DNA from: a virus
Length of the DNA: 64,000 nt
Strand: one strand, 5' to 3'
Virus record (IMG/VR): IMGVR_UViG_3300027712_001108
Coordinates: 1 to 64,000 of that record
Positions within the stretch are counted from its first letter, which is position 1, and each line of letters begins with the position of its first letter. This document shows, piece by piece, positions 38,503 through 48,064 of the stretch. Made by a program: the position numbers and the translations under genes. The notes beneath the pieces were generated by a model that was not told the origin of the DNA, did not search any database, and was given only the letters and a program-made list of their open reading frames with translations.

Positions 38503-39762
38503 TTATTGATTTCTGAAAAATTCTATTTCGTTATCGCTATATTTAACCAGTGAACTGCTGTCTTTGATATCGCGTATGGGCACAAGACTCAGCATGCCTT
38601 TCATACGATTATTAGCACCCGGTTTGTGCAGTAGATCCAGTGCTAGAATTTTATCACGCAGTTGTTGCGCACGATCTAGATAACCAGGAGGTGTCATTAA
38701 TTTGATTTCAAGCCAATGGTCGCCGTCTACACGATCTTGATGCTGCATCATTATTTTGCAGTTCTCAATAAACCTGTCCTCGTTGCCCTTGTACAAATCC
38801 ATACTGGCAAAATGTGCGCTCATATTGATGCTGTTTACATACTGTACAGCTTCTGTCCAAAATTTAGTACTTCTGCTGCCGTTTGTAGTGATTAATACCC
38901 ATTGGTTACGGCTTTTCAAATGTCGAAGTATATCTACAAAACGTGGATGCATTGTGGGTTCACCGCCACCAAAGTTCCAACGTATGGATGCACCTTTGCT
39001 CCATTGGTCTATAGTCATATCTATAGTACGTATAATAACTTCATAGCTGGGAAACTCTTCTTTGTTGTTATGTACACTGGGCCAGCAATATGCACAATCA
39101 TAATTACAACGTCTGCTTATGTCCCATAACACCTGATATGGTATTTCAAAATTCATTTCTACAGCAGAAATGTTGTCGCCGATGGTATTGACAAAGTTAC
39201 CTACCCTGCTAGTACCAGCATAGCCGTTTTGTGTGACATCTAGGTATTTTAGATAGTCGTCGGATTTGGCTTTGCTGAGAATAACATCTGCACCACAGCC
39301 GCAGTGGTCAAATTTACAAGTAGCATATTCTTTAGGTACTTCGAACCCTTCAAATATATTGCCTATATAGCCCCATTGCTTGCCAATGCCTTCTTCCAAT
39401 GTCAAGTGACTACGGAAACCGTTGCCGCTCATAGCAAACTCTTTTTTAAGCTGCTCTTCCTTTTCAATAAACAGCTCAGGGCTTAAATCACCATGGTCGA
39501 AGTGAAACTTCTTATTGAATTCTTTCCATCCTGGCCTATTAAAACGATCCAATTTGGTACTGGCACAATTTGCAATCCAAATATTGCCATCGTAGTCAAA
39601 ATACAATCCGCGAACACCTGCACTGCATTTCCACCCGTTCCAACTGTTGTAGCCTCGTGCAATAGCTTCATCTACACTTACTCGTAGAAATTTGCCATGC
39701 TCGTCATACATACGAAGCTGCTTGTTATCTAGCGGAATATCTGGATTATTGGTAATTGGCAT
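38503..39762 (-). CDS. Radical SAM protein with the auxiliary-cluster domain moved to the N-terminus
   Basis: N-terminal WKCSAG...IANC...CKFDHCGC; core CNYDCAYC, GGEPT, TNGSR, SAH. Confidence 0.9.
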   Translation of the reverse strand: MPITNNPDIPLDNKQLRMYDEHGKFLRVSVDEAIARGYNSWNGWKCSAGVRGLYFDYDGNIWIANCASTKLDRFNRPGWKEFNKKFHFDHGDLSPELFIEKEEQLKKEFAMSGNGFRSHLTLEEGIGKQWGYIGNIFEGFEVPKEYATCKFDHCGCGADVILSKAKSDDYLKYLDVTQNGYAGTSRVGNFVNTIGDNISAVEMNFEIPYQVLWDISRRCNYDCAYCWPSVHNNKEEFPSYEVIIRTIDMTIDQWSKGASIRWNFGGGEPTMHPRFVDILRHLKSRNQWVLITTNGSRSTKFWTEAVQYVNSINMSAHFASMDLYKGNEDRFIENCKIMMQHQDRVDGDHWLEIKLMTPPGYLDRAQQLRDKILALDLLHKPGANNRMKGMLSLVPIRDIKDSSSLVKYSDNEIEFFRNQ

Positions 39763-40766
39763 TATTCGTCCTCTACAACTGCATAACTATCTGTCGGTAA
39801 TATTTTCTTGCACATTATATCAAAATTGCAATGACACATGTTTTTGTTACATCTAATAGGACCAGTTGGCCAGCGTATACTATCCGGTGTTTTAATATTG
39901 CCAAACACTCCGCCTACTCTACACCAACCTCGCATAATAGAGCCGTCAAAGTCTACGACAAACTGTTCTACCCCTGCCCAGCAATCCCAGCCTTCCCAAT
40001 TATTAGATTTGTCATTGATAAATCTGTGCGCACTGCGATTTTGCACAAGTTCGTTGATATCATCTATCATATCCATGCTGCCGCGATAGACTTTCCAGTG
40101 CTTGTCGTATTGAATCTTGCTGCTTAAATTATCCCATTGACGATCTATATATGCAGTTTGTTCATCTGTATATGTGTATAGTGTATCGCCGAAATCTATT
40201 ATTAATGGTTGCAGTGCAAGACTTATATTGCTAACATTAACAAGTTCTTCTGCTACAGCTACACATTTTTTCCATATCTCGGGATCCCAGTGCATCATAA
40301 TATTACAGTGTGTTCTGCAATATTGACTCATAAGTTTAACCACTTCGACAAAATGCACAGCATCTCCCTGTTCAGGATGAAAACTCAAACATATATGATC
40401 AAACAGTGTTTTGTTTTTCTCCCACCATCTGATAGTTCTACTGCTGTTACTGATAAAACCTATGTCGTGTCCTATGTGCTTTATATACTCTGCACACTTT
40501 ACAAAGTCCTTCCATAACGTAACTTCGCCGCCGGTGAATTCAAAATATATTTTACGAGGTGTATAATGTTCTACTACATTGTCAATGAATCGTTTTACAA
40601 CGTCGTAGTCGTTCCAACCAAAACTACCGTCATTTAAGCTGCTGGGACAATAGCTGCATTTGAAATTGCACATATTGCCAAGATTCCAGTTAACTACTAC
40701 CCAGTCTTCACAGCCATCGTGATGGTGAGCTAATCTATTGTAAAAATTTTGTGGACCAAGTGGCAT
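39762..40766 (-). CDS. Radical SAM protein with C-terminal auxiliary-cluster domain
   Basis: CNFKCSYC, GGEVT, SFH, WDCWAG...GWC...CNKNMCHC; start reset to MPLGPQ. Confidence 0.92.
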   Translation of the reverse strand: MPLGPQNFYNRLAHHHDGCEDWVVVNWNLGNMCNFKCSYCPSSLNDGSFGWNDYDVVKRFIDNVVEHYTPRKIYFEFTGGEVTLWKDFVKCAEYIKHIGHDIGFISNSSRTIRWWEKNKTLFDHICLSFHPEQGDAVHFVEVVKLMSQYCRTHCNIMMHWDPEIWKKCVAVAEELVNVSNISLALQPLIIDFGDTLYTYTDEQTAYIDRQWDNLSSKIQYDKHWKVYRGSMDMIDDINELVQNRSAHRFINDKSNNWEGWDCWAGVEQFVVDFDGSIMRGWCRVGGVFGNIKTPDSIRWPTGPIRCNKNMCHCNFDIMCKKILPTDSYAVVEDE

Positions 40767-40788
40767 GATAATCTTTCTGTTTAAATTA

Positions 40789-41970
40789 TTATATATCGAG
40801 TACAGTTCTGTTTCTCGTATCACCATAATGTACAACAGTTATACCATTCTGTGCATTCGCTGTTCGCCAAGGATCTATTACAACACTACCTGGTGCCATC
40901 ATGTTTAGTATGTTGGTATAATCTCTCTGGTGTCCCAACAAGTATGTAGACGGGTTTTCTCTATCTACATTGTCATAGCTAATATCAGCACCTAACTGAA
41001 CACAGTAGTGTCCCACCAACATGCCATAACTACCATCTGTGTAAGGCACACCGGGTTTAAAGCTTTTGCCTAGTATGTGTACAGGTAATCCGTACTTGAC
41101 CAATGCGTGTGCTAGATTTTCTGCCTGTACTTCCCTTGCACGCATAATAGAATCGAACAGATCGTAACCAAGATTTAATTCTTCTGCAAGCCATCGCAGT
41201 GCAATATTATCACGAGGATGACAGGGTCCGCCATCACCCATACCGGGTTTCATATATGCAGGGCCCATGATACGATATGTGCTGTCTGCCAATGCTTTTG
41301 CAACTACATCTACATTCATATGCCCTATGCGTTCTGCTACATCTTGTATCATGTTTACTAGACTAAGTTTGGCAGAAATAAAAGTATTGTAGAATATTTT
41401 AGTGCTTTCCATTTCTTCCCACGTACCTGTCACAGTTCGTGCAGTTCTACCTGATACGTGTTCGTAGAATGTTAGCAGCGAGTTTACAGTATCGGTATAT
41501 TCACCATCTGCTGTGCCAACCATAATCATTTCGGGATCGCAGAAATCTTCTGCTACTGTACCCATTGCTATAAGATAAGGATTGTATATCAACTGTGCAT
41601 TGGGTATAACAGGTGCCAATAGTCTTCGTACTGTACCAGGCAACACTGTGCTGATTAATACAACTGTATTGTTTGAATCCACATACTGATTAATTTCGGT
41701 CAATACTGAAATTACATACGAGTAATCAAAGTCTTTGTTTTCAAGATGGCTGGTTGGTTTGCTGCCATCGTAATTGGGATCATGGGGTGTTGGCACAGCA
41801 ATAAAAATCAATTTACTATTTGATACTAGGTATTTGAGATCATTTGTTATATTGACAACATTGCTTGTAAACGGTTGGATATCATATCCAATAACAGAAT
41901 GTTTGGATGCCATTGCTTCTGCAACAGGCATGCCTAGCTTGCCTAAACCTATAAATCCAACAGTTGCCAT
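40789..41970 (-). CDS. UDP-glucose/GDP-mannose dehydrogenase family protein
   Basis: GLGKLG, AVPTP, STVLPGT, catalytic K (TKIFYN), GGPCHPRD, GKSFKP. Confidence 0.93.
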   Translation of the reverse strand: MATVGFIGLGKLGMPVAEAMASKHSVIGYDIQPFTSNVVNITNDLKYLVSNSKLIFIAVPTPHDPNYDGSKPTSHLENKDFDYSYVISVLTEINQYVDSNNTVVLISTVLPGTVRRLLAPVIPNAQLIYNPYLIAMGTVAEDFCDPEMIMVGTADGEYTDTVNSLLTFYEHVSGRTARTVTGTWEEMESTKIFYNTFISAKLSLVNMIQDVAERIGHMNVDVVAKALADSTYRIMGPAYMKPGMGDGGPCHPRDNIALRWLAEELNLGYDLFDSIMRAREVQAENLAHALVKYGLPVHILGKSFKPGVPYTDGSYGMLVGHYCVQLGADISYDNVDRENPSTYLLGHQRDYTNILNMMAPGSVVIDPWRTANAQNGITVVHYGDTRNRTVLDI

Positions 41971-42014
41971 TATATTACCCCGTGTACAGTACTACAGTAT
42001 AATGCAATAACTCG

Positions 42015-42119
42015 TTATCTGTATATAAATGGATCGCGTTTACGCAATTCTTCTATGCGTTTTTTAAAGGCTTTTTTATCTTTGTAACGTTTAATAAGAC
42101 GTTTAATCCAGTTGAACAT
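42015..42119 (-). CDS. 34-aa basic peptide ending DPFIYR
   Basis: MFNWIKRLIKRYKDKKAFKKRIEELRKRDPFIYR*; AAGGA upstream; below the ORF-track cutoff. Confidence 0.6.
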   Translation of the reverse strand: MFNWIKRLIKRYKDKKAFKKRIEELRKRDPFIYR

Positions 42120-42120
42120 G

Positions 42121-43380
42121 TTATAATCCTTTGTTGTAAATTGACATAAATTTATCGTATGCAGGCGTAGTAAACCAGTTCCTGCTAAGGAACCATTGCT
42201 GATTGTGATGACAGATTTCTTTCACTTGCTCTAGCCAACTCCATTTGTCTTTCACATAACTGATGTTTTGTAAATTGCGTACAATAGCAGAAACTCTATC
42301 TGCAAATGGTGCATCGTCGTAGCTTTCATCCCATAGTGTGTCAAATGTTTCAAACCCCCACGACTTTAATTTAGCCAAAGTTCCAGGGTGTGCCAACAAC
42401 ATAAATGGTTGCTGCGCCCATAACGGCTTCCATAATTTTTCACTAATAAACAAGTTATGCGGTTCATCAAATGCATGTGTTTCTGTTACCACACTTGCCC
42501 AACTGTTGAGATAGATACTGGGATTAATCTGCATGGCTTTGTTGTTGTCAAAATCTGCATCATCCACTACCAAAGGCAGCACAGCATTGGCTTTGTCTAT
42601 TACACTTTGTGGCACATCATGCCGTGTCCAAAAATCATATACCAGCTTGTTGTGGCTTATCATTCCCTGTAAATGCAAATCCTGCTCTATTAAACGCATT
42701 GCCATAACTTCTCTGTGATTGCGACTAACACGATTCAAACAGTTAAACAGTTTTACTGTATGTGGCCGTTGTTTGGCTTGTCTGTGATCATCCCATGTCA
42801 CTGCTGTGCTACGACGCAAATTCAATTGCTGCATATACATCAAATGTGGAAACCCAATGACGCCAATGCGTTCTCGTATACTGTGACTATCGCACCACTC
42901 TGCATAGCCGCGTTCTTCTAAATCATTGCCACTTAAAAACAGCATACTTGCGGCGGGTATTGCATTATCGTTACATAGTTTATGTAGGTATGCATATAGT
43001 TTGGTATCATAGAACCCTTCGTTTAGATTGTCTACAACCAACAATGCACGACCTGCACGAGCATCGTCTAACACCACACTTGGTACAAAATTAATAAATG
43101 GTTCGTATCCAAATTCATTACCAGGCCACCCTGTCCAGTAACCAGCATCGTTCCATGTGCCTATATTATATGCATATCTCTCGGGTCTGTTATCCAATCC
43201 ACTATGATGCCAATGATGATCGGGTCTATCCCACCAGTTTAATCGCCAATAGTGAAACATATTAGCTACAGGAAAACGACCCGACTTTAATTCCCATCTG
43301 GGCCCGTGTGTGGTATGCGGGCATGCTGTCATAGTCCTAAAGCGTGCAGGGTCGTCAAATACCCAATGTACTGCTGTCAT
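42121..43380 (-). CDS. Putative glycosyltransferase-like protein (paralog of 24509-25741)
   Basis: FNCLNR...HR, SVVTET, FISEKLWKP, QPFM, GFETF, WDESYD. Confidence 0.55.
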   Translation of the reverse strand: MTAVHWVFDDPARFRTMTACPHTTHGPRWELKSGRFPVANMFHYWRLNWWDRPDHHWHHSGLDNRPERYAYNIGTWNDAGYWTGWPGNEFGYEPFINFVPSVVLDDARAGRALLVVDNLNEGFYDTKLYAYLHKLCNDNAIPAASMLFLSGNDLEERGYAEWCDSHSIRERIGVIGFPHLMYMQQLNLRRSTAVTWDDHRQAKQRPHTVKLFNCLNRVSRNHREVMAMRLIEQDLHLQGMISHNKLVYDFWTRHDVPQSVIDKANAVLPLVVDDADFDNNKAMQINPSIYLNSWASVVTETHAFDEPHNLFISEKLWKPLWAQQPFMLLAHPGTLAKLKSWGFETFDTLWDESYDDAPFADRVSAIVRNLQNISYVKDKWSWLEQVKEICHHNQQWFLSRNWFTTPAYDKFMSIYNKGL

Positions 43381-44621
43381 GGTCTTAACTGTGCCAATCT
43401 AGGCAAATAATCCTGCATTTTACGTGATTTTAATTGGTCAAGTAGATCAGCATCGTGCCAAAACTGCTCCCATGAATCTTCAGGCCAGTCTTTGAAATTG
43501 TATATTACCATGTCTGTTGCAGCCGTATCCATGTAATTGAGCGCACCTTGCCAACTGCTATAGTTACGTTGAGTTTCGTGTCCCAACAGCGACTGTTCTA
43601 CTTCTGCACGTATTTCCCGTTTGGCATGTCTGGGTAATAATCGTACATCTTGATATGTGGGTTGATAGACAATGTTCACAAACGGCAAGCCTGCAAAACA
43701 CTGTTGCTGGGTAGTCCATTCAATAAGTTCTGCAACGTTGAAACAATTGTAAATTCCAAACGTGGTATGCAGTTCCAACTTGATATTAGGTGCTTGCAAT
43801 TCTGCAATCCGCTGTAGGTTATGACTGATAATACGCCAATCGCTGTTCTGTCGTATATAATCATTGGCAATACCCACAGCTTCTACGCTGACATTGATGT
43901 TTACCCATTGGAATGATTGCCACATTTTTAACAGCTTTGCAGGTACATGTGTGAGATTGGTATTGTAACTGATCTGTTGAAACTGTGCCAATCCCTGATC
44001 GATGCAGGACTGTAATATATCCATATGCTGTTTGACAATCAGTGGTTCGCCACCTAAGAAATTCATATGCGTAACAGAAGGTAAACTGCGATTTATCAAC
44101 TCTATTGCACCTGGGTCTTCGAACCATATTTGATGCGCACTGCGAGGATCTGCTTCAACTGATTCCCACCTGCCCAGTTTGGCCAGATCATTTTGCCACA
44201 AATGACTGTTCATCCAGTTACACATCCTGCAAACCAAATTGCATTTATTACCAAATGTAATATCCAAATATTGTATTTCGGCACCTGTTAGCAGTGTGCC
44301 ATCTGCTGCAATTGGTTTGGCCGTAGGCAGTATTCCATCTTTGGTATATACATCGTTCCATATTTGCCTAAAGCTAACACCGCCGTTATCTTCTATTTTC
44401 CAACATTTGCTGCAAGTTGGATGACGTTCACCTGCTTGTATAGACAATCTAACTGCTTTGTGTAGTTGACTGTTTAGTACATCCAATGGATCTGCACAAT
44501 CGTTGACAAATGGTTGACTGTAATCTTCCCAATGTCCGTGATTGTTGCAGCAGAGTCTAGGACGGCCAGGGCCATCCAAACTCAAACTGTTGTAAGGTAA
44601 TACACAAAATACATCTGTCAT
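43377..44621 (-). CDS. Radical SAM protein with N-terminal twitch domain
   Basis: CVLPY...CC, CSKC, CNLVCRMC, GGEP. Confidence 0.92.
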   Translation of the reverse strand: MTDVFCVLPYNSLSLDGPGRPRLCCNNHGHWEDYSQPFVNDCADPLDVLNSQLHKAVRLSIQAGERHPTCSKCWKIEDNGGVSFRQIWNDVYTKDGILPTAKPIAADGTLLTGAEIQYLDITFGNKCNLVCRMCNWMNSHLWQNDLAKLGRWESVEADPRSAHQIWFEDPGAIELINRSLPSVTHMNFLGGEPLIVKQHMDILQSCIDQGLAQFQQISYNTNLTHVPAKLLKMWQSFQWVNINVSVEAVGIANDYIRQNSDWRIISHNLQRIAELQAPNIKLELHTTFGIYNCFNVAELIEWTTQQQCFAGLPFVNIVYQPTYQDVRLLPRHAKREIRAEVEQSLLGHETQRNYSSWQGALNYMDTAATDMVIYNFKDWPEDSWEQFWHDADLLDQLKSRKMQDYLPRLAQLRP

Positions 44622-45601
44622 GCTCGCTGCCTTTTGGGTATACTCATGTCAGTTCCGCAATGACAATGTGTACGTGGACAAACAACTGTACTGTATAAAT
44701 GATTCAAATTCAATGGTGTGTTCATATTGCCAATAACACCCGATACTCCGCAACTACCCATTGTAATATCACCATTTATTGCTATGTTAATGCTAGTACC
44801 AATATCACATTGCCAACCCAAAAAGAAATTGCGTCGTTCGGCAGTAAGACGATTGCTGTTCACAGGCCGTACCGTGCCGTCTGCATAGTGTTCTACTACT
44901 AAACTGTGTCCTGCACGGTTATCTGGTGTAGGCAATGACTGCTTGCTACGGTTGCTGTTCTTCATTAACCATTCGACTTTTGCAGGATCGTCATATGCAT
45001 ATGGATCGGCAGCAGTACTCATTTCATCTAGTATAGGTACATATTCCATTGTGACATTTTGCATAGTTGCCCATATCTCATCTGCACGTTCCAACATGTG
45101 ATCCCAATGTGATTCTGCCATCATCATACGAACAGCAAGATAGTTTACTTTGTCTTGTAGAAACTGTGCAGTTTCCAAAAATCTATCATGCTTTACCCAG
45201 CCAGGGTGGTAACTGGCAACCACATCATCGAACCTATGATAGTTACGTTCCCACCATACCAGAGGCTTTGACAAATTGGTATTGATTGCCAATGTGACTT
45301 TGTCTGGCAATATATTAGACAAATAATCGCATATAGGTAATAGAGCAGGCCAGTGGGTGGGTTCGCCGCCGCTAAAGAATACTTTTACTTTGCTGTATTG
45401 TTTGCCTGCTAATCCGTGAATCAGTGTATCCAAATTGCTAAGGTAAACTTCAACATTTAAGTTGGGTGTGTCTCCGCCCCAATTACCAGGATTGCAATAA
45501 CCACATCGAAAATTGCAAGTGTTACTGGTTTGCCATGTAATATTGAGTGTGAGTCCGTCTTGTGCTTCTATGGCAACTAATGCATTGTTTTCTAATATCA
45601 T
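44618..45601 (-). CDS. Radical SAM protein with C-terminal auxiliary-cluster domain
   Basis: CNFRCGYC, GGEPT, SYH, WQCDIG...GSC...CPRTHCHC. Confidence 0.92.
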   Translation of the reverse strand: MILENNALVAIEAQDGLTLNITWQTSNTCNFRCGYCNPGNWGGDTPNLNVEVYLSNLDTLIHGLAGKQYSKVKVFFSGGEPTHWPALLPICDYLSNILPDKVTLAINTNLSKPLVWWERNYHRFDDVVASYHPGWVKHDRFLETAQFLQDKVNYLAVRMMMAESHWDHMLERADEIWATMQNVTMEYVPILDEMSTAADPYAYDDPAKVEWLMKNSNRSKQSLPTPDNRAGHSLVVEHYADGTVRPVNSNRLTAERRNFFLGWQCDIGTSINIAINGDITMGSCGVSGVIGNMNTPLNLNHLYSTVVCPRTHCHCGTDMSIPKRQRA

Positions 45602-46866
45602 TTGTTAGTATTAATACCATTTTTTAATTGATCAATCAAGTCTGGCCACAATACAGAATGGTCCATACTGTGCATGCTGTCGTTAACCGCCAACCAGTCA
45701 ATCAGCCGTTGTTGTGCTACGGTAGTAGCAGTTGTTTGTGACAACAACGTGGTACTCATATAATCTAAACCGTCGTGAAAATTACAATGACCGCCTCTGA
45801 CTATGGGTCGCAATGCAGTACGTAATTTGGTAATCGCTGCTGTACGATACTCTATTGGTATAACTTTGGCACTGAGATGATGCGGAAAGTCCAACATAAT
45901 AGGATACCATATGATATTTTTATCGTAGTCTTCTGCCATGTATATCAGCCACTGAATCAATGGTTCTATACTGTTGTAATTAAGGGCACCTACTACTGTG
46001 TACACTTTGAGTGTTTTTGCCACGTCATGCTTTAGATATTTTTCAAAATTACGAACTTTTTCTGTCCATACTGTGGGATAACGTATGTATTCGTCTATTT
46101 TATTCAAACCGTCTATGCTGATTTGAACTTCTGTGTTTTCGAATTTTGCAAGCCTGTCTAACAGTTTGTAATTCCACACTGTGCAATTGGTAGTAAAGCT
46201 GATATGGCATGTGGTATTGCCTGCATCCAACAGTATATCAAGGTACTGATAGATATTTGCATCCATAGTTGGTTCGCCGCCTGTTATATACAGACGTTTA
46301 AGAGTGGGTGCCATTTTGCGAAAATTTAGTTTGCTTTGTTCTGTGTTTATATAGCCATTATCTGCATACTCCACAGTTGTTTCACTGCGCCATTGGTTGT
46401 CTAACCATTCCGGCAATGCTGTATTTTCTATGGCATGTTTACGTTCTTCAGCTATTTTGCTACTGCTTCCACTCCAGCATGTAACGCATTGCAAATTACA
46501 AACAGTACCCAAACGTAATTCCAAACTGTCTGGCATGTCTGTGGCAACTGTGCGCAAGTCTTGCGCCAGTGTTGCAGCATAGTCACGGTTGGCGTGTGTA
46601 CGAGGACTGGGATTGCCAGCTGCTTCTATATTGTTACAGACTTTACAGTCTTTAACTCGTTCTCCTGCTAACATGCGTTCTCGTACTGCCTGCATATATG
46701 CGCCGTTCCATATATCATCCAGTGACTGGGTATTCCATTTTGCAGTGGTATAATCCTGATTGCGAATAACAATGTTGTCACTGATGTTGCAACAGAGTTT
46801 GCATTCTCCCTGAGGGGTCGTGTTGATATTACGCCACGCCAATGCACACAGGCTATCAGATTGCAT
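45598..46866 (-). CDS. Radical SAM protein with N-terminal twitch domain
   Basis: CALAW...CC, CKVC, CNLQCVTC, GGEP, SIDG. Confidence 0.92.
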   Translation of the reverse strand: MQSDSLCALAWRNINTTPQGECKLCCNISDNIVIRNQDYTTAKWNTQSLDDIWNGAYMQAVRERMLAGERVKDCKVCNNIEAAGNPSPRTHANRDYAATLAQDLRTVATDMPDSLELRLGTVCNLQCVTCWSGSSSKIAEERKHAIENTALPEWLDNQWRSETTVEYADNGYINTEQSKLNFRKMAPTLKRLYITGGEPTMDANIYQYLDILLDAGNTTCHISFTTNCTVWNYKLLDRLAKFENTEVQISIDGLNKIDEYIRYPTVWTEKVRNFEKYLKHDVAKTLKVYTVVGALNYNSIEPLIQWLIYMAEDYDKNIIWYPIMLDFPHHLSAKVIPIEYRTAAITKLRTALRPIVRGGHCNFHDGLDYMSTTLLSQTTATTVAQQRLIDWLAVNDSMHSMDHSVLWPDLIDQLKNGINTNK

Positions 46867-48064
46867 GGTCAATGCCCCTTAATTCTGGAAAGATATCTCG
46901 CCAACTTTCGTGACGAATTTTGTCTAATTTTGCAGTTTGATGTGCCCACAGATGCAGCAATTCGCTGTCATCTTGCTCATTCATAAATGATATTATACCA
47001 GTGAACGCAGCTATGGTTTTATCTGCTGCTCCATTAGTTGACAACCAATCACAATGTCGATTTATTTTATCAGTTACACGTTGCTTTATCTGTTCGGGTA
47101 GTACTCGTGTGCTAAAATATCGCGGACTTGTCAGTTGATTAATGCGTATATTATCAATGCCAACCAGTTCATGCTGCACCCAATCTTTGTGAAAATCACT
47201 AAGGTGTTTGACATTTAACAAACTAACAGTGGGAGTTATTTCAAAATATACATGGGGTAATTCTTGTAACATGCGTTTGCGATTGGCAACAACATCTTTC
47301 CATATCATGTTCTTACGTATATACTCGCCGCGTTCTCCACTACCATCAAGACTTGCAGCCACTTGTAAATTAGGGAATTGTCTCCATAATTCAAACAAGT
47401 CGCGTTGTTTGTAATCCAGTTTGGTGAAATTGGTAGTATAGTTGAGTTTTACATCTGTTTTACCTATGCTGATCCAATGATCCAGTATACGATAGTGTTC
47501 TTCAGTCATAAGACTTTCACCACCTGCAAAGTACACTTCTTCAGTTGTAGACAAATGTGGTAACAGTTGCTCCCAAAAATCATCGCCTTGGTTTATATTC
47601 AATATTCGCGGTGCGGTATGGGTATGATCCAGTGTAACTGCATCGTCGTACCATGCACTACTCAACTGCGGGCCGCATGTTCTACAACGTAGATTACATA
47701 TATTGCTAAATCGCACATCAAAGTATGCAAGATTTACTTTTTCAACAGAGCCATCTTCTGCTGTGCTGTCTACCACAGGTTGATGATGTGCATATGCTTG
47801 ATTGCTGTTGTTACGCAGTGTAAATGTGCCGTGACGTTCCACATCATAACAACGATTACATGATGCAGATTCTTTACCTGCCAACATGTTTAATCGCAGT
47901 TCTCGCATGCGTTCACTATTCCATATGTCTTTGATAGTAGAGTCATTGGTATTGCCAATGGTCCAGTTTGTATCGCTCATGCAGCAGGGGAATACATCTC
48001 CATTAGGCCACATATGCATATGCACCCAGGGCATCATACAAAACACCTTATTGTCGGTAGTCAT
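46856..48064 (-). CDS. Radical SAM protein with N-terminal twitch domain
   Basis: CMMPW...PCC, CNRC, CNLRCRTC, GGES, SLDG. Confidence 0.92.
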   Translation of the reverse strand: MTTDNKVFCMMPWVHMHMWPNGDVFPCCMSDTNWTIGNTNDSTIKDIWNSERMRELRLNMLAGKESASCNRCYDVERHGTFTLRNNSNQAYAHHQPVVDSTAEDGSVEKVNLAYFDVRFSNICNLRCRTCGPQLSSAWYDDAVTLDHTHTAPRILNINQGDDFWEQLLPHLSTTEEVYFAGGESLMTEEHYRILDHWISIGKTDVKLNYTTNFTKLDYKQRDLFELWRQFPNLQVAASLDGSGERGEYIRKNMIWKDVVANRKRMLQELPHVYFEITPTVSLLNVKHLSDFHKDWVQHELVGIDNIRINQLTSPRYFSTRVLPEQIKQRVTDKINRHCDWLSTNGAADKTIAAFTGIISFMNEQDDSELLHLWAHQTAKLDKIRHESWRDIFPELRGIDHAI

